The translations under genes were made by a program, and so were the position numbers. From Nannocystis bainbridge (GTDB lineage Bacteria > Myxococcota_A > Polyangia > Nannocystales > Nannocystaceae), in contig NZ_JAQNDL010000003.1 of assembly GCF_028368995.1 (NCBI RefSeq), positions 352,001 through 416,000 on the forward strand: a DNA stretch of 64,000 nt. Reading direction: 5' to 3'. Of the stretch, positions 9,975 through 25,745 are shown piece after piece (within the stretch, counting starts at the first letter, position 1; every line of letters begins with the position of its first letter). The notes under the pieces are model-generated. The model was not told the origin of the DNA and ran no database searches. It saw nothing but the letters and a program-made list of their open reading frames with translations.

Positions 9975-10808
9975 ATGTCGAAGGTCCCCTACCTCGCGCC
10001 GAACTTCATCACCGTGGGCGCCATGGCCTGCGGTCTCGGGGCGATGCTGCTCGCGCACCGTGGGGACTTCGTCGCGGCCGCCTGGCTGCTGCTGTTCTCG
10101 ACCTTCCTCGACCGGGCCGACGGCTTCGTCGCGCGCCGCCTGCAGGCCACCAGCAGCTTCGGCGTGCAGATGGACTCGTTCGCCGACTTCTTCAACTTCG
10201 GCGTGGTCCCGCCGTTCATGATCTTGACCGCGCTGAGCTCCACCCCTGGCCTGCCCTTCGGGACAGGTTCGGGCCTGGCCTGGGCGCTCCTCGCGGCCGG
10301 CTTGTGGCTGGCCGCCGCGGCCGTGCGGCTGGCCCGCTTCAACGTCCTCAGCGACGCCGGCACCACCGACAAGACCATCTTCCACGGCGTGCCGACCACC
10401 CTCGCCGCCGGCTTGCTGGTCAACTGGTTCCTGGTCTGCCTCAAGTACGGCGGGCCCGACAACCCGCTGGCCGCGCCCGACCGGTTCGCCGAGGGCCGCC
10501 TGTTCGGCGACCTCCTGCTCGGGCCGGGCGTGTGGGCCGCGTTCCCGTGGGCGATGATCGCCGGCGCCCTGCTGATGGTCTCGAACCTGCGCAACAAGAA
10601 GTTCGGGGCCCTGAGCGCGCGCTGGGCCAACCTCGCCGTCGCCGCCCTCTCGCTGGTCGCGTTCGCCTTCATGGTCATGCGCGTCTACCCCGAGTTCATG
10701 GTCCTGCTGCCGTCGACGTGGCTGGCCATCTGGCTGGTGTGGGGCCAGATCGGCCCGGGCTACCGCGGCCAGCCCAAGCCGCCGCTGTTCCCCGTCGGCG
10801 ACGAGTAG
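9975..10808 (+). CDS. CDP-alcohol phosphatidyltransferase (PssA-like)
   Basis: PNFIT, DRADGFVARRLQATSSFGVQMDSFADFFNFG signature, RLARFN, FHGVPT. Confidence 0.88.
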   Translation: MSKVPYLAPNFITVGAMACGLGAMLLAHRGDFVAAAWLLLFSTFLDRADGFVARRLQATSSFGVQMDSFADFFNFGVVPPFMILTALSSTPGLPFGTGSGLAWALLAAGLWLAAAAVRLARFNVLSDAGTTDKTIFHGVPTTLAAGLLVNWFLVCLKYGGPDNPLAAPDRFAEGRLFGDLLLGPGVWAAFPWAMIAGALLMVSNLRNKKFGALSARWANLAVAALSLVAFAFMVMRVYPEFMVLLPSTWLAIWLVWGQIGPGYRGQPKPPLFPVGDE

Positions 10809-10918
10809 CTGCCTGTCCTCGCGGACATGTCCTCGGGAGCCTGTCCTCGGGAGCCTGTCCTCGCGGACATCTCGCTCCGCCCAAAAACACGAAGGGACAT
10901 GTCCTCACGGACATGTCC
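10809..10918. repeat. 14-bp-period array (5+2 units) between convergent genes
   Basis: Cores at 10812, 10826, 10840, 10854, 10868, then 10898, 10912; starts immediately after the stop at 10808. Confidence 0.9.
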
Positions 10919-10954
10919 CTTTCGACGCTCCAGGCTACGCGAGCCCGTCGCGGA

Positions 10955-11914
10955 TCACGCCGGGATGGCGCAGGCGCCGATGTTCTCCTGGCCCGGAGGG
11001 GCCATGCCCTCGGTGTACCAGGGCACGCACTCCTGGCCGTCGGCCATGCCGGGGCAGGTGTTGGGCTCCTGGACGTTGCAGTACGAGCTGCAGCAGCCGT
11101 CGGCGTTGTCGCAGCCGGGCACGGACTCGGGCGTGGCGCAGTACAGGCCGTAGTCGCACACGTTGATGTAGGCGCACGGGTCGCCGTAGGCGCCCATGTC
11201 GCCGCTGGCGTCGAAGTCGCAGATGAACTGGTCGAGGCCGTCGAAGAAGCAGATCTGGCCCGCGGGGCAGCTCTGGATCAGCGGGTCGCAGGTCTCGAGG
11301 CAGAGGATCAGCACCCCGTCGTTCGACACGTCGCAGGTCTGGCCCATGTCGCACGACGGCGTGTCGGGCGTGCCCTTGCACATGTCGATGCACGAGCCGT
11401 TGTTGTTCTCGTCGAAGTACCAGCACAGCAGGCCGATGTCGCAGGTGTCGACGCCGCTGACCGCGCTGCCCTCGACCGTGCACGGATCGCCTTCCTTGCC
11501 CGGGTTGGCGTCGATCGGCGAGCACTTGGTGGCGTTCCACGAGCTGGCGCCGTTGTCGGCCCACGGCATGCACTTCTGGCCCGACGGGCAATCTTGCGTC
11601 CACACGTCGCACTCCTTCACGCCGCCGCCGCCGTCGGGCGGGGTGATGAAGGAGCCGTCGGTGGTGTCGGGGCCGACGCTGGTGGCGCTGTCTTCGGTGG
11701 TCGTCGGGTTCGGCGCCGTCGTCGTGACCGGGTTGGTCGAAGTCGTCCCGTCGCTCGTCCCGCCGCCGGTCGACGTGTCGCCCTCGGTCGCGTCGTTGGT
11801 CGGATTGGTGCTCGGGTTGGTCGCGTTGGTCCCGCTGCCCTTCCCATCGTCTTCTTTACAGGCTCCCAGCGCCAGCGCGGCGCCGATGACAGTGAATCGA
11901 ACGTAATTGAGCAT
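10955..11914 (-). CDS. Cys-rich myxobacterial lipoprotein
   Basis: Lipobox LGAC, Thr-rich linker, CDVWTQDCPSGQKCMPW..., more than 20 Cys, GGAG RBS upstream. Confidence 0.85.
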   Translation of the reverse strand: MLNYVRFTVIGAALALGACKEDDGKGSGTNATNPSTNPTNDATEGDTSTGGGTSDGTTSTNPVTTTAPNPTTTEDSATSVGPDTTDGSFITPPDGGGGVKECDVWTQDCPSGQKCMPWADNGASSWNATKCSPIDANPGKEGDPCTVEGSAVSGVDTCDIGLLCWYFDENNNGSCIDMCKGTPDTPSCDMGQTCDVSNDGVLILCLETCDPLIQSCPAGQICFFDGLDQFICDFDASGDMGAYGDPCAYINVCDYGLYCATPESVPGCDNADGCCSSYCNVQEPNTCPGMADGQECVPWYTEGMAPPGQENIGACAIPA

Positions 11915-12173
11915 GGTCTTCTCCTGTGGCCGGCGCGTCCGGCGCTAGTGTTGCGATGATTGGCCAAAGCGCGCCAGGACGCAAACCCGAACCCGCCGAG
12001 TGGTCCGAGGTTCGATCGGCCTCGACGGTGCAGCCGACAGCCGGGCGCCGAGCGCCGCTGCCAGCCGCTGCACGAGTCGCAGGGCCTGCGTGCTGCAATC
12101 GGGTCCAGGATCCCCACCGACCGGCCACCGCCCGGGACGAGCGCAGGACAGGTTCGGCGGCCCGTCGCCGTCT

Positions 12174-13253
12174 CTAGCCGAGGGCGTAGATCATGTTCTT
12201 GGTGCCAGCCGCCGCGCAGGTCGCGTGGGCCACTGCCTTGAGGCCCGGCGTCGCCACGAATTTGCGGTCCTTGAACACCTTGAACGGGTAGCGCTCGCGC
12301 AAAGCGCGATAACGCGCCTGCTCCTGATCTCGCAGACGGTCGCGCAGGAGCGGCGAGAGCGGGTCGTTGCTGCGTTCCTCGCGGATGTCGAGCGCGGCCG
12401 AGTCGGTGGCGAACGCGGCGAGCAGCTCGGGCCGCTCGTGCTCCGCCGCGCCGGCGCCGACCGACCACGCGTGCCACTCGCGGCCCAGCGCGTCGTCCGG
12501 CGCCTCCGCCGTACGCATCACCTGGACCCCGCTGCCGACCGGCATGGCGAACAGCACCGGCCCGATCACCCCGCGCTGGACCTTCTCGACGCTCACCCCC
12601 TCGACCCCGTGCAGGCGCATGAACAGCGCCTCGGCGTCGAGGTCGGCGCAGCGGTAGACCATCGCCCCGAACGCCTCGCTCGCGGCTGCCGTCTCGCCGT
12701 CGTGGGCCAGGTCGATCACCTTGCGCCGCCACAGCGACGACACCTGCGTCAGCTCGATGCCGAGGCGCAGGTACACCCCGCTGGCGTCGAGCTTGGTCAG
12801 CTCGATGCGGAACGCCGCGGTGCCGCTGGCAGGATCGTGGCGGCGCAGCAGCACCCGCTGGTGATCGACCGGCGCCAGCTCGCGGTCCTGCAGCTTCTCG
12901 TAGTAGCCGTGCTTGGCCGCCAGGCGGGCGAACACCTCCGCCTCGCCGGCGCGGGCCTCGAGCGCGGCGCGGTCGCCCATGCGCGCCAGCGACTCGCGGG
13001 CCACGCTCTTGTCGGTCAGCGCCCGCGTGAAGCTGGCCAGGTTGGGCAGGCCGGCGCGCGAGTCGACGAACAGCTCGCCGTGGAGCCCGAGGCGCAGCGA
13101 CTCTGCCAGCGTCTCGAGCGACTGCTGCAGCGGGCGGCGCTCGGGGAACGCGTTCGAGAGGCGGGCCGCGTGCAGCGAGCGACCGAGCAGGTCGAGGTAG
13201 GTCGCCGCCTCGGGCAGGACGAGCGCCTGGGTGTGGAGCGCGACGACCGTCAT
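12174..13253 (-). CDS. Hypothetical protein, probably co-transcribed with the TelA-like gene
   Basis: Typical codon usage, GAGG RBS, 20 bp downstream of the preceding gene; no family recognised. Confidence 0.75.
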   Translation of the reverse strand: MTVVALHTQALVLPEAATYLDLLGRSLHAARLSNAFPERRPLQQSLETLAESLRLGLHGELFVDSRAGLPNLASFTRALTDKSVARESLARMGDRAALEARAGEAEVFARLAAKHGYYEKLQDRELAPVDHQRVLLRRHDPASGTAAFRIELTKLDASGVYLRLGIELTQVSSLWRRKVIDLAHDGETAAASEAFGAMVYRCADLDAEALFMRLHGVEGVSVEKVQRGVIGPVLFAMPVGSGVQVMRTAEAPDDALGREWHAWSVGAGAAEHERPELLAAFATDSAALDIREERSNDPLSPLLRDRLRDQEQARYRALRERYPFKVFKDRKFVATPGLKAVAHATCAAAGTKNMIYALG

Positions 13254-13272
13254 CGCCACCTCGGCGCGGGCC

Positions 13273-14349
13273 TCAGGTCCCTGACGGCGACGACGCCGGC
13301 GCCGCCGGGGCCGCGGCCCGCTTGACCGCCTTGTCGACGGCCGCCTGGATGCGCGCGTCCTCGATCTCCTTGGACTTGCGGAGGTTCTCCTCGAGCACCG
13401 ACGAGGTCTTCTCGTCGAAGGTGTCGAGCTCCTTGACGAGCTCGTCGAGGTTGCTGCGGAAGAAGATCTGGGTGTCGCTGACGAACTGCGTGGTGACGTT
13501 CATCGACTCGGTCATCACGTCGAGGCTGCGCTTCATCTCGAGCATGACGGTCGACGCGTCGGCGGCGCGGCCGATCGCCTGGATCTGGGCCGACGCCATG
13601 TCGAGCTTGATCGACGACGCCGTGGTGTACTGCTGGATGTCCTGCGCCAGGTTGCGGATCGTGTCCGCCAGCTTGCGGGTGTTCTCCTTGAGCCGGGCGT
13701 AGCGCTCCTCGGCCGAGCCGTAGAGCAGCACGTTGGACGAGTGCTCGGCGAGCTTGGCCCGGACCTTGTCGATGTTGGCCTGGATGTCGCGCTGCTCGAC
13801 GCTGCCGGCCTCGACGGCCTGCTCCTCGCCCTCGAGCTGCTCCTGGACCTGCTTCAGCTCGAGCACGTAGTGCAGGGCCTCGCGCTCGTTCTTGGCCATC
13901 TCGACGATCCGCACGTTGATGCGGTCGATCTCTTTGTAGAGGTCCTGCTCGCTCTGCTTGAGCGTGTCGACGTATTCGGCGGCCTCTTTCACGCGGCGGG
14001 CCGAGACCTGGTACTGGGCCTTCAGCAGCTCCTCGATCGAGCGCTGGCTCATGCTCATCGACCCGAGCCCGGGGATGAAGCTGAGGACCTCCTTGAACCC
14101 GGCCCAAAACCCGCCCTTGACCGCCGTACCATCGAGGTAATCGCTGAACTTGCGCAGCTTCTTCAGCTCTTCGGCCATCGCGTTCTGGATGGACACGTTG
14201 CGCTCGCGCAAGACCTTGAGCTCGTCGACCTTGTTGTCCTGGATCGTGCGTTCTTTTTGGATGTCCGTCTCGAGCGACTTGACGGAGATCCCTTCACCGG
14301 AGTACGCGACCTGGCGACTCAGGACGTCGAGGTTTGCCTTCGAACTCAT
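13273..14349 (-). CDS. Long coiled-coil protein, possibly TelA/toxic anion resistance-like
   Basis: Heptad-rich. Amphipathic GGFWAGFKEVLSFIPG followed by KAQYQVS and LKENTRKLADTI resembles TelA organisation (by-eye similarity). Confidence 0.6.
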   Translation of the reverse strand: MSSKANLDVLSRQVAYSGEGISVKSLETDIQKERTIQDNKVDELKVLRERNVSIQNAMAEELKKLRKFSDYLDGTAVKGGFWAGFKEVLSFIPGLGSMSMSQRSIEELLKAQYQVSARRVKEAAEYVDTLKQSEQDLYKEIDRINVRIVEMAKNEREALHYVLELKQVQEQLEGEEQAVEAGSVEQRDIQANIDKVRAKLAEHSSNVLLYGSAEERYARLKENTRKLADTIRNLAQDIQQYTTASSIKLDMASAQIQAIGRAADASTVMLEMKRSLDVMTESMNVTTQFVSDTQIFFRSNLDELVKELDTFDEKTSSVLEENLRKSKEIEDARIQAAVDKAVKRAAAPAAPASSPSGT

Positions 14350-14659
14350 CGTGGCCGAAGGTTGACACAAATCGGCGCTCAAGGGGGGCGGCAAGTCGCG
14401 CCGCGAGCCTCGCGTCGGCTCTGCGCCCTCGCGCGCGCCGCGGGTCCGACGCGACACCCTCGGCGGCCGGCCGCGTCGCGTCGCCGAGACCTCGCGCGAC
14501 GAGCCGCCGTGAGACCTCGCAGATGCCCGCGCGGGCGAGCCGCCGCCGTCTCAGCGCGACGCCGCCTGTCCGCCGCGCGATCTCCGCAGCAAAACCATCG
14601 CGGCCGCGGCGTCCCGTTCGTTGTCACGAACGCGCAAACGAGTATGCTGCGGCCGGCCT

Positions 14660-18743
<4,084 letters not shown>

Positions 18744-18749
18744 CCTTTC

Positions 18750-18781
18750 AGGCATGTCCTCTCCGACAGGTCCGTAACACC

Positions 18782-18801
<20 letters not shown>
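18750..18801. repeat. 14-bp-period array filling the sucB-lpdA gap and covering the lpdA ATG
   Basis: CATG 18753, CAGG 18767, CATG 18781 (start codon at 18782), CCTT 18795. Confidence 0.8.
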
Positions 18802-20182
<1,381 letters not shown>

Positions 20183-20205
20183 GCCCGCGCGGGGGTACCC
20201 GCCCG

Positions 20206-20237
20206 ACGGCCTCCAGGGGTCCCCTGGGGGCCGTTTT
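20206..20237 (+). terminator. Intrinsic terminator after lpdA
   Basis: acggcctccaggg-gtc-ccctgggggccgt followed by a T-run. Confidence 0.7.
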
Positions 20238-20294
20238 GCGCGCCTGCAGCCCGCCGTGATCTCGCGGCCCGCGCCGTGTTAGGCTGCCCGGGTC

Positions 20295-21878
20295 ATGCGG
20301 CGCCAGGCCCCCATCAAGCGCTCGAGCACCGGTCAGCGGACCATCGCCGGCTCGAAGTCCGCCGATGTCGCCAACCTCGACGATCGCCCGCTGTCGATCC
20401 ACATCACCCGCGACGGCAAGCACCTCGTCGTCCCGCTGCCGTACGAGCTGTGGATCCTCGGCGTCAACAGCTTCGAGGTCGTGCGCACGATCGAGTGCGC
20501 CAACCCGGAGCCGTCGGTGAGCGAGGGCGCCAAGGACGGCCAGCTGTGGATCGGCGGCCATCACCTCTACTTCGGCAGCGTGTTCTCGACCGCGCTGACC
20601 AAGGTCGGCAGCAAGCTCGGCGACTTCGTCGATCGCGTGGCCCTGGTCCGCGGCGGCGTGCTGTGCGGCGTCGGGGCGACCGGCGAGATCCTGTTCGACG
20701 TCGACAAGGAGACCCCGCTGCACCGGCGCAAGGTGTCGGAGCGGGTCGTCACCGGCCTCGTCAACCTCGACGGGCGCGCGCTGTGGGCCGACGGCTCGAG
20801 CACCGCGTGGCTCATCGATCCCGATCGGCCCTCCGGCTACACCCAGCTCAAGCTGCGCGCCACCAGCCCGACCGAGGTCGACGCCGAGGGCATCGCCGCG
20901 CTCGGCGCCACCACCACCGGCCGCGCGATCCTCTGCGCCCGCGACGGCGCGGTCGCCTGGACCGGCAAGCACCTGCGCGTCGACGGCGAGCGCTTCCCTC
21001 GCCTCGCCGCGCGCCAGGCCGCCCCGCTGGCCTGCGGCGGCGACGAGCGCCACGTCTACGTGCTGCGGCCCAAGGGTCTGCTGCAGCGGTTCCTCATCGA
21101 GCAGCCCAGACCCCAACCTGGCGAAGAGGACAGCTTCGTCCCGCTGCCCGAGGCCGAGGAGACGCGGCTGCAGTGGCCGGCGACCTGCATGCTGGTCCTC
21201 GGGACAGGTCACGGCGCGGCCCGGATCGTGCTCGGCGGCCCGCAGGCCGAGGGCATGCTCGGCCGGCTGTGGCGCGTCGATCCCGACGCCCTCACCTGGC
21301 AGAAGGTCGCGCCCGGCAAGCGCGCCCTCGTCGAGCCGCGCCCCGCCGAGCCCGAAGAGGCCAACAAGCGGCCCGACTTCACGCCCACCCGCAGCAAGCT
21401 GACCGGCGCCCCGATCTCCGCGCTCAAGGTCGACGCCGTGCTCGCCGCCGACCTCGCGCAGGTGTTCGTCAGCCACGGCCACGGCGCGCTGCTCGAGCGC
21501 CCGGTCGTGCGCCGTCCGGCCAGCGATGTCCTGCCCGGCGACGCCCTGCTGCTGCCGGCGATGGTCCGCTTCCACGAGGGCACGGCGCGCCCGGCCCTGG
21601 TGCTGTGGCCCGGCACGCCCGACGCGGGCCGCGAGCCGCCGCCGCTGCGCTGGCTGGCGTGGGCCGACAACCCGCGCGGGTGGATCGAGCTGACGACGCC
21701 GGAGATCCGCAAGCAGGGCTGGTCGCGCGCCGACGTGTTCCCGCTGCAGGTCGCCGTCGCCGCCGCGCCCGCGGTCGCCGGCAACCGCGAGCCGATCCCC
21801 GACAAGTGGGTCGACCCCGAGCTGTTCGCCGCCCTCGCCCGCGAGTGCAAGAAGCTGCTCAAGGTGCTCTGGGAGTAG
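20295..21878 (+). CDS. Hypothetical protein with probable N-terminal beta-propeller
   Basis: 527 aa, GC3-rich. Repeated beta-strand/turn units (ITRDGKHLVV, KDGQLWIG, ARDGAVAW) plus a separate Pro/Trp-rich C-terminal domain. Confidence 0.75.
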   Translation: MRRQAPIKRSSTGQRTIAGSKSADVANLDDRPLSIHITRDGKHLVVPLPYELWILGVNSFEVVRTIECANPEPSVSEGAKDGQLWIGGHHLYFGSVFSTALTKVGSKLGDFVDRVALVRGGVLCGVGATGEILFDVDKETPLHRRKVSERVVTGLVNLDGRALWADGSSTAWLIDPDRPSGYTQLKLRATSPTEVDAEGIAALGATTTGRAILCARDGAVAWTGKHLRVDGERFPRLAARQAAPLACGGDERHVYVLRPKGLLQRFLIEQPRPQPGEEDSFVPLPEAEETRLQWPATCMLVLGTGHGAARIVLGGPQAEGMLGRLWRVDPDALTWQKVAPGKRALVEPRPAEPEEANKRPDFTPTRSKLTGAPISALKVDAVLAADLAQVFVSHGHGALLERPVVRRPASDVLPGDALLLPAMVRFHEGTARPALVLWPGTPDAGREPPPLRWLAWADNPRGWIELTTPEIRKQGWSRADVFPLQVAVAAAPAVAGNREPIPDKWVDPELFAALARECKKLLKVLWE

Positions 21879-21882
21879 TCGT

Positions 21883-21948
21883 CTACATGTCCCCCGGGGC
21901 ATGTCCTGAAGCGCATGCGCCATAGGACATGTCCTCAGGAGCATGTCC
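21883..21948. repeat. 14-bp-period array (5 units)
   Basis: CATG at 21886, 21900, 21914, 21928, 21942; begins about 5 bp after the stop at 21878. Confidence 0.95.
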
Positions 21949-22042
21949 TGAAGTGACCATCGGTGCGACGCCCCTCGGCGTCGCCCTCGCGCCGCGGAGG
22001 CCGGACTCCGGCTGACGCAGGCCTCGCCCGCGAGCGGGCACG

Positions 22043-22074
22043 AAAAAGGGCGGCGCGGTCGCCCGCGTCGCCCT
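22043..22074 (-). terminator. Intrinsic terminator after the LeuA-family gene
   Basis: Minus strand AGGGCGACGCGG-gcga-CCGCGCCGCCCT followed by TTTT. Confidence 0.75.
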
Positions 22075-22095
22075 CGTGTGCGCGAGCGCGGCGGA

Positions 22096-23346
<1,251 letters not shown>

Positions 23347-23352
23347 GGCCTG

Positions 23353-24372
23353 TCAGTCCTCCGTTCCGGTCGCCACCTCGAGCCCCTCGAGGCGGAAGAA
23401 GCGGCGCAGCTCGTCGACGAGACCGATCATCAGCAGCTCGGGGATGTCGTCGTCCCCTTCGATCTCGTCGAGCAAGAAGTCTCGCATGAGCACGATGCTG
23501 TCCAGCCGGGCGTCGGCGTCGTCGGTGCGTGCGCGACCGACGAACGTCACGATCCCGCGCGGATCCGCACCGGCCTCGACCTGGGTGGTCGTCGGCCGCG
23601 GCTGCACGTTGATCGGCGCGCTGGCGACCAGCTTCAGCACCTGGTCCGGGATGTCCTCGAGCAGCGCCTCGAAGTGGCCGCGCAGGTCCTCGGCCAGTTC
23701 CTCGGTGACCGGCTCCTGGTCCTCGAGATCGCGCGCGTCGAGCTCGAGCACCTTGAGCATCTCGTTCCGCGCGCCAGTGAAGTCGCCGAGCACCTCGAGC
23801 GCCTGGGCGTACCAGTAGTGGACGTCCGGATCCTCCGGATCGACCGCGACCGCGCGCCCGAGCGACTCCGCCGCCTCCTTGGGCCGGTTCGAGTTCATGA
23901 GCACGAAGCCGTGGATGCTGAGGTACGCGGCGTCGTTCTTGCGCTCGGCGCTGATGCCCTCGAGCAGCTCGAGCGCCTCGTCGGTGTCGTCGTCGCTGAG
24001 GCGGATCTGCGCCAACAGCAGGCGCGCTTGATCGATCGAGTCGGTGTCGGCCCCCTCGAGCCGGAGCACCGCGCGCGCCGCGGCCTCGGCCTCGTCGAGA
24101 TCCTCGCCGTGCGAGAGCAGGCACTCGGCGCAGTCGAGGTAGATCTGCGGATCCTCGGGCGCCCCGTCGGCGGCCTGCATCAGATAACCCGCGGCCTGAT
24201 CGAGGCGACCTTGCGCCCAGGCGACCATCCCGGCCAGGTGCAACACCCGCACGTGGTTCTCGCCGCCGAGCCGAGCCGCCTCCTCGAGGGCGTCCTCCGC
24301 CGTCTTGAGGTCGTCGTCATCGACGGCTGCGAGCCCGCGGTCGACGATTGCATCCAGTGACTGCTGCTTCAT
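23353..24372 (-). CDS. TPR protein with C-terminal degenerate zincin-like (Zincin_1-type) domain
   Basis: Several TPR motifs. C-terminal LLEDIP..INVQPRP..DPRGIVTFVG..SIVLMR..GLVDELRRFF, with the expected HExxH replaced by DELRR. Confidence 0.7.
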   Translation of the reverse strand: MKQQSLDAIVDRGLAAVDDDDLKTAEDALEEAARLGGENHVRVLHLAGMVAWAQGRLDQAAGYLMQAADGAPEDPQIYLDCAECLLSHGEDLDEAEAAARAVLRLEGADTDSIDQARLLLAQIRLSDDDTDEALELLEGISAERKNDAAYLSIHGFVLMNSNRPKEAAESLGRAVAVDPEDPDVHYWYAQALEVLGDFTGARNEMLKVLELDARDLEDQEPVTEELAEDLRGHFEALLEDIPDQVLKLVASAPINVQPRPTTTQVEAGADPRGIVTFVGRARTDDADARLDSIVLMRDFLLDEIEGDDDIPELLMIGLVDELRRFFRLEGLEVATGTED

Positions 24373-24452
24373 GGGCGCGAACTCTAACACGGCGTCTCGC
24401 GCGACCGACCGGGCGCGTGCGGGCCCGCGCTCGAGGTACAAGCCGGCGCGAC

Positions 24453-24995
24453 ATGCCGGCCCCCGCATCGCTCGACTCGCCAGACGTGAGGCTGCTCATG
24501 AGGCTCCTGCAGGAGCGCTGGGTGTTCGCCCTCGCCACGCGGGACGACGACGACGGCCTGCCCTACGCGACTCCTCTCTTCTATGCCGCCGCCGCGCTGC
24601 CGGGCTCGCCCGCGCCGGTCCTCGTGTTCGCCAGCCGGCCCGACACCCGCCACGGGCGGGCGATCGGCGACGGTCCGGCCGCGGTGGCCGCCGCGATCTA
24701 CCTCGAGACCGAGGTCCTCGGCGAAGTCCGCGGCGTGCAGCTGCGCGGCGAGGTCGTGGTGTGCACGGGGCTACACGCGGACGCCGCCGCCAGCCTGCGC
24801 GCCGCCTACCTCGAGCGCCACCCGGTCGCCGCGGCGCACCTCGGCGAGCGCGACCGGCTGTACGCCCTGGCGATCACCTGGGCCAAGCTGACCGACAACC
24901 GCATCGGCTTCGGCAAGCGGCTGGTATGGACCTTCGAGCCGCCCTGGCGCCGTGAAAATCCCGCCGGGCCGGGTGAACAAATCGCGCTACCCTGA
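24453..24995 (+). CDS. Pyridoxamine 5'-phosphate oxidase/YhbP-like FMN-binding split barrel protein
   Basis: FALAT..PYATPLFYA, FASRPDTRHG, VRGVQLRG, KLTDNRIGFGK. Confidence 0.85.
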   Translation: MPAPASLDSPDVRLLMRLLQERWVFALATRDDDDGLPYATPLFYAAAALPGSPAPVLVFASRPDTRHGRAIGDGPAAVAAAIYLETEVLGEVRGVQLRGEVVVCTGLHADAAASLRAAYLERHPVAAAHLGERDRLYALAITWAKLTDNRIGFGKRLVWTFEPPWRRENPAGPGEQIALP

Positions 24996-25013
24996 CGTCG
25001 TCGGGATTTGCGC

Positions 25014-25601
25014 ATGATCACTCGGCGACTTTGGCTCTCGGCGGCAGCAGCGGTTGCGACGACCCTCATCCCCGGCCCGGCGATCGCGGCCGAGCCGCTC
25101 GAGGTCACGGCCCCCACGCGCGTGCTCGGGGCCATCGTCGCCGCCGAGGGCGGCGCGGCTGTGGTCGTCCGCATCGACGCCACGCTCGGCCCGGCCGACC
25201 TCCGCGTCGCTGGCGCTGTGCACAGCGTCGCCGTCAGTCAGCGCGGTCTCCTCGACGACCCGCGCAACGCCCCCCGCGTCGGCGCGGGCGTGCGCAAGAT
25301 CCTCTCTGCCGTACGACCCGACCTCGCGGCAACGTTCGAGGCCAATCACAAGGCGTGGACCCTGACCTTCGTGCGCAAGGTGCTGGCGTGGAACGCTCGC
25401 CTCGCCGCCTCGCCGGTCCGGGGCAAGCGGATCGTCGACTCCTTCGACCGCGCAGCCTTGCTCGCGTGGGCGGGGGCGGTCGTCGACCCCAAGGGACAGC
25501 CGTCGCCGCCGGCCCTCGCGCGCGCGCCGAAGGACGCGGCCGCGAGCACGCTCGAGAGCTACGTCGCATACGTCGAAGCGCTCGTGCGTAGCCTCGAGTG
25601 A
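25014..25601 (+). CDS. Exported protein resembling a shortened ZnuA/TroA metal-binding domain
   Basis: TRRLWL..PAIA signal. LLDDPRNA...RPDLAATFEANH resembles the TroA linker helix, but the metal-ligand His residues are absent. Confidence 0.55.
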   Translation: MITRRLWLSAAAAVATTLIPGPAIAAEPLEVTAPTRVLGAIVAAEGGAAVVVRIDATLGPADLRVAGAVHSVAVSQRGLLDDPRNAPRVGAGVRKILSAVRPDLAATFEANHKAWTLTFVRKVLAWNARLAASPVRGKRIVDSFDRAALLAWAGAVVDPKGQPSPPALARAPKDAAASTLESYVAYVEALVRSLE

Positions 25602-25745
25602 GCCGCGGGTGCGTGCTTCGACATGGCGCACGTAGCTTGTGCTGGCTCACGGGCCTGGCCCAGGGCTCGCCATGACAATGAAACCGGCCACGGCGCATAC
25701 TCCTGACACGCGCGCGGGCCACGTCTGCGCGCGCTCGTTGCGGTC

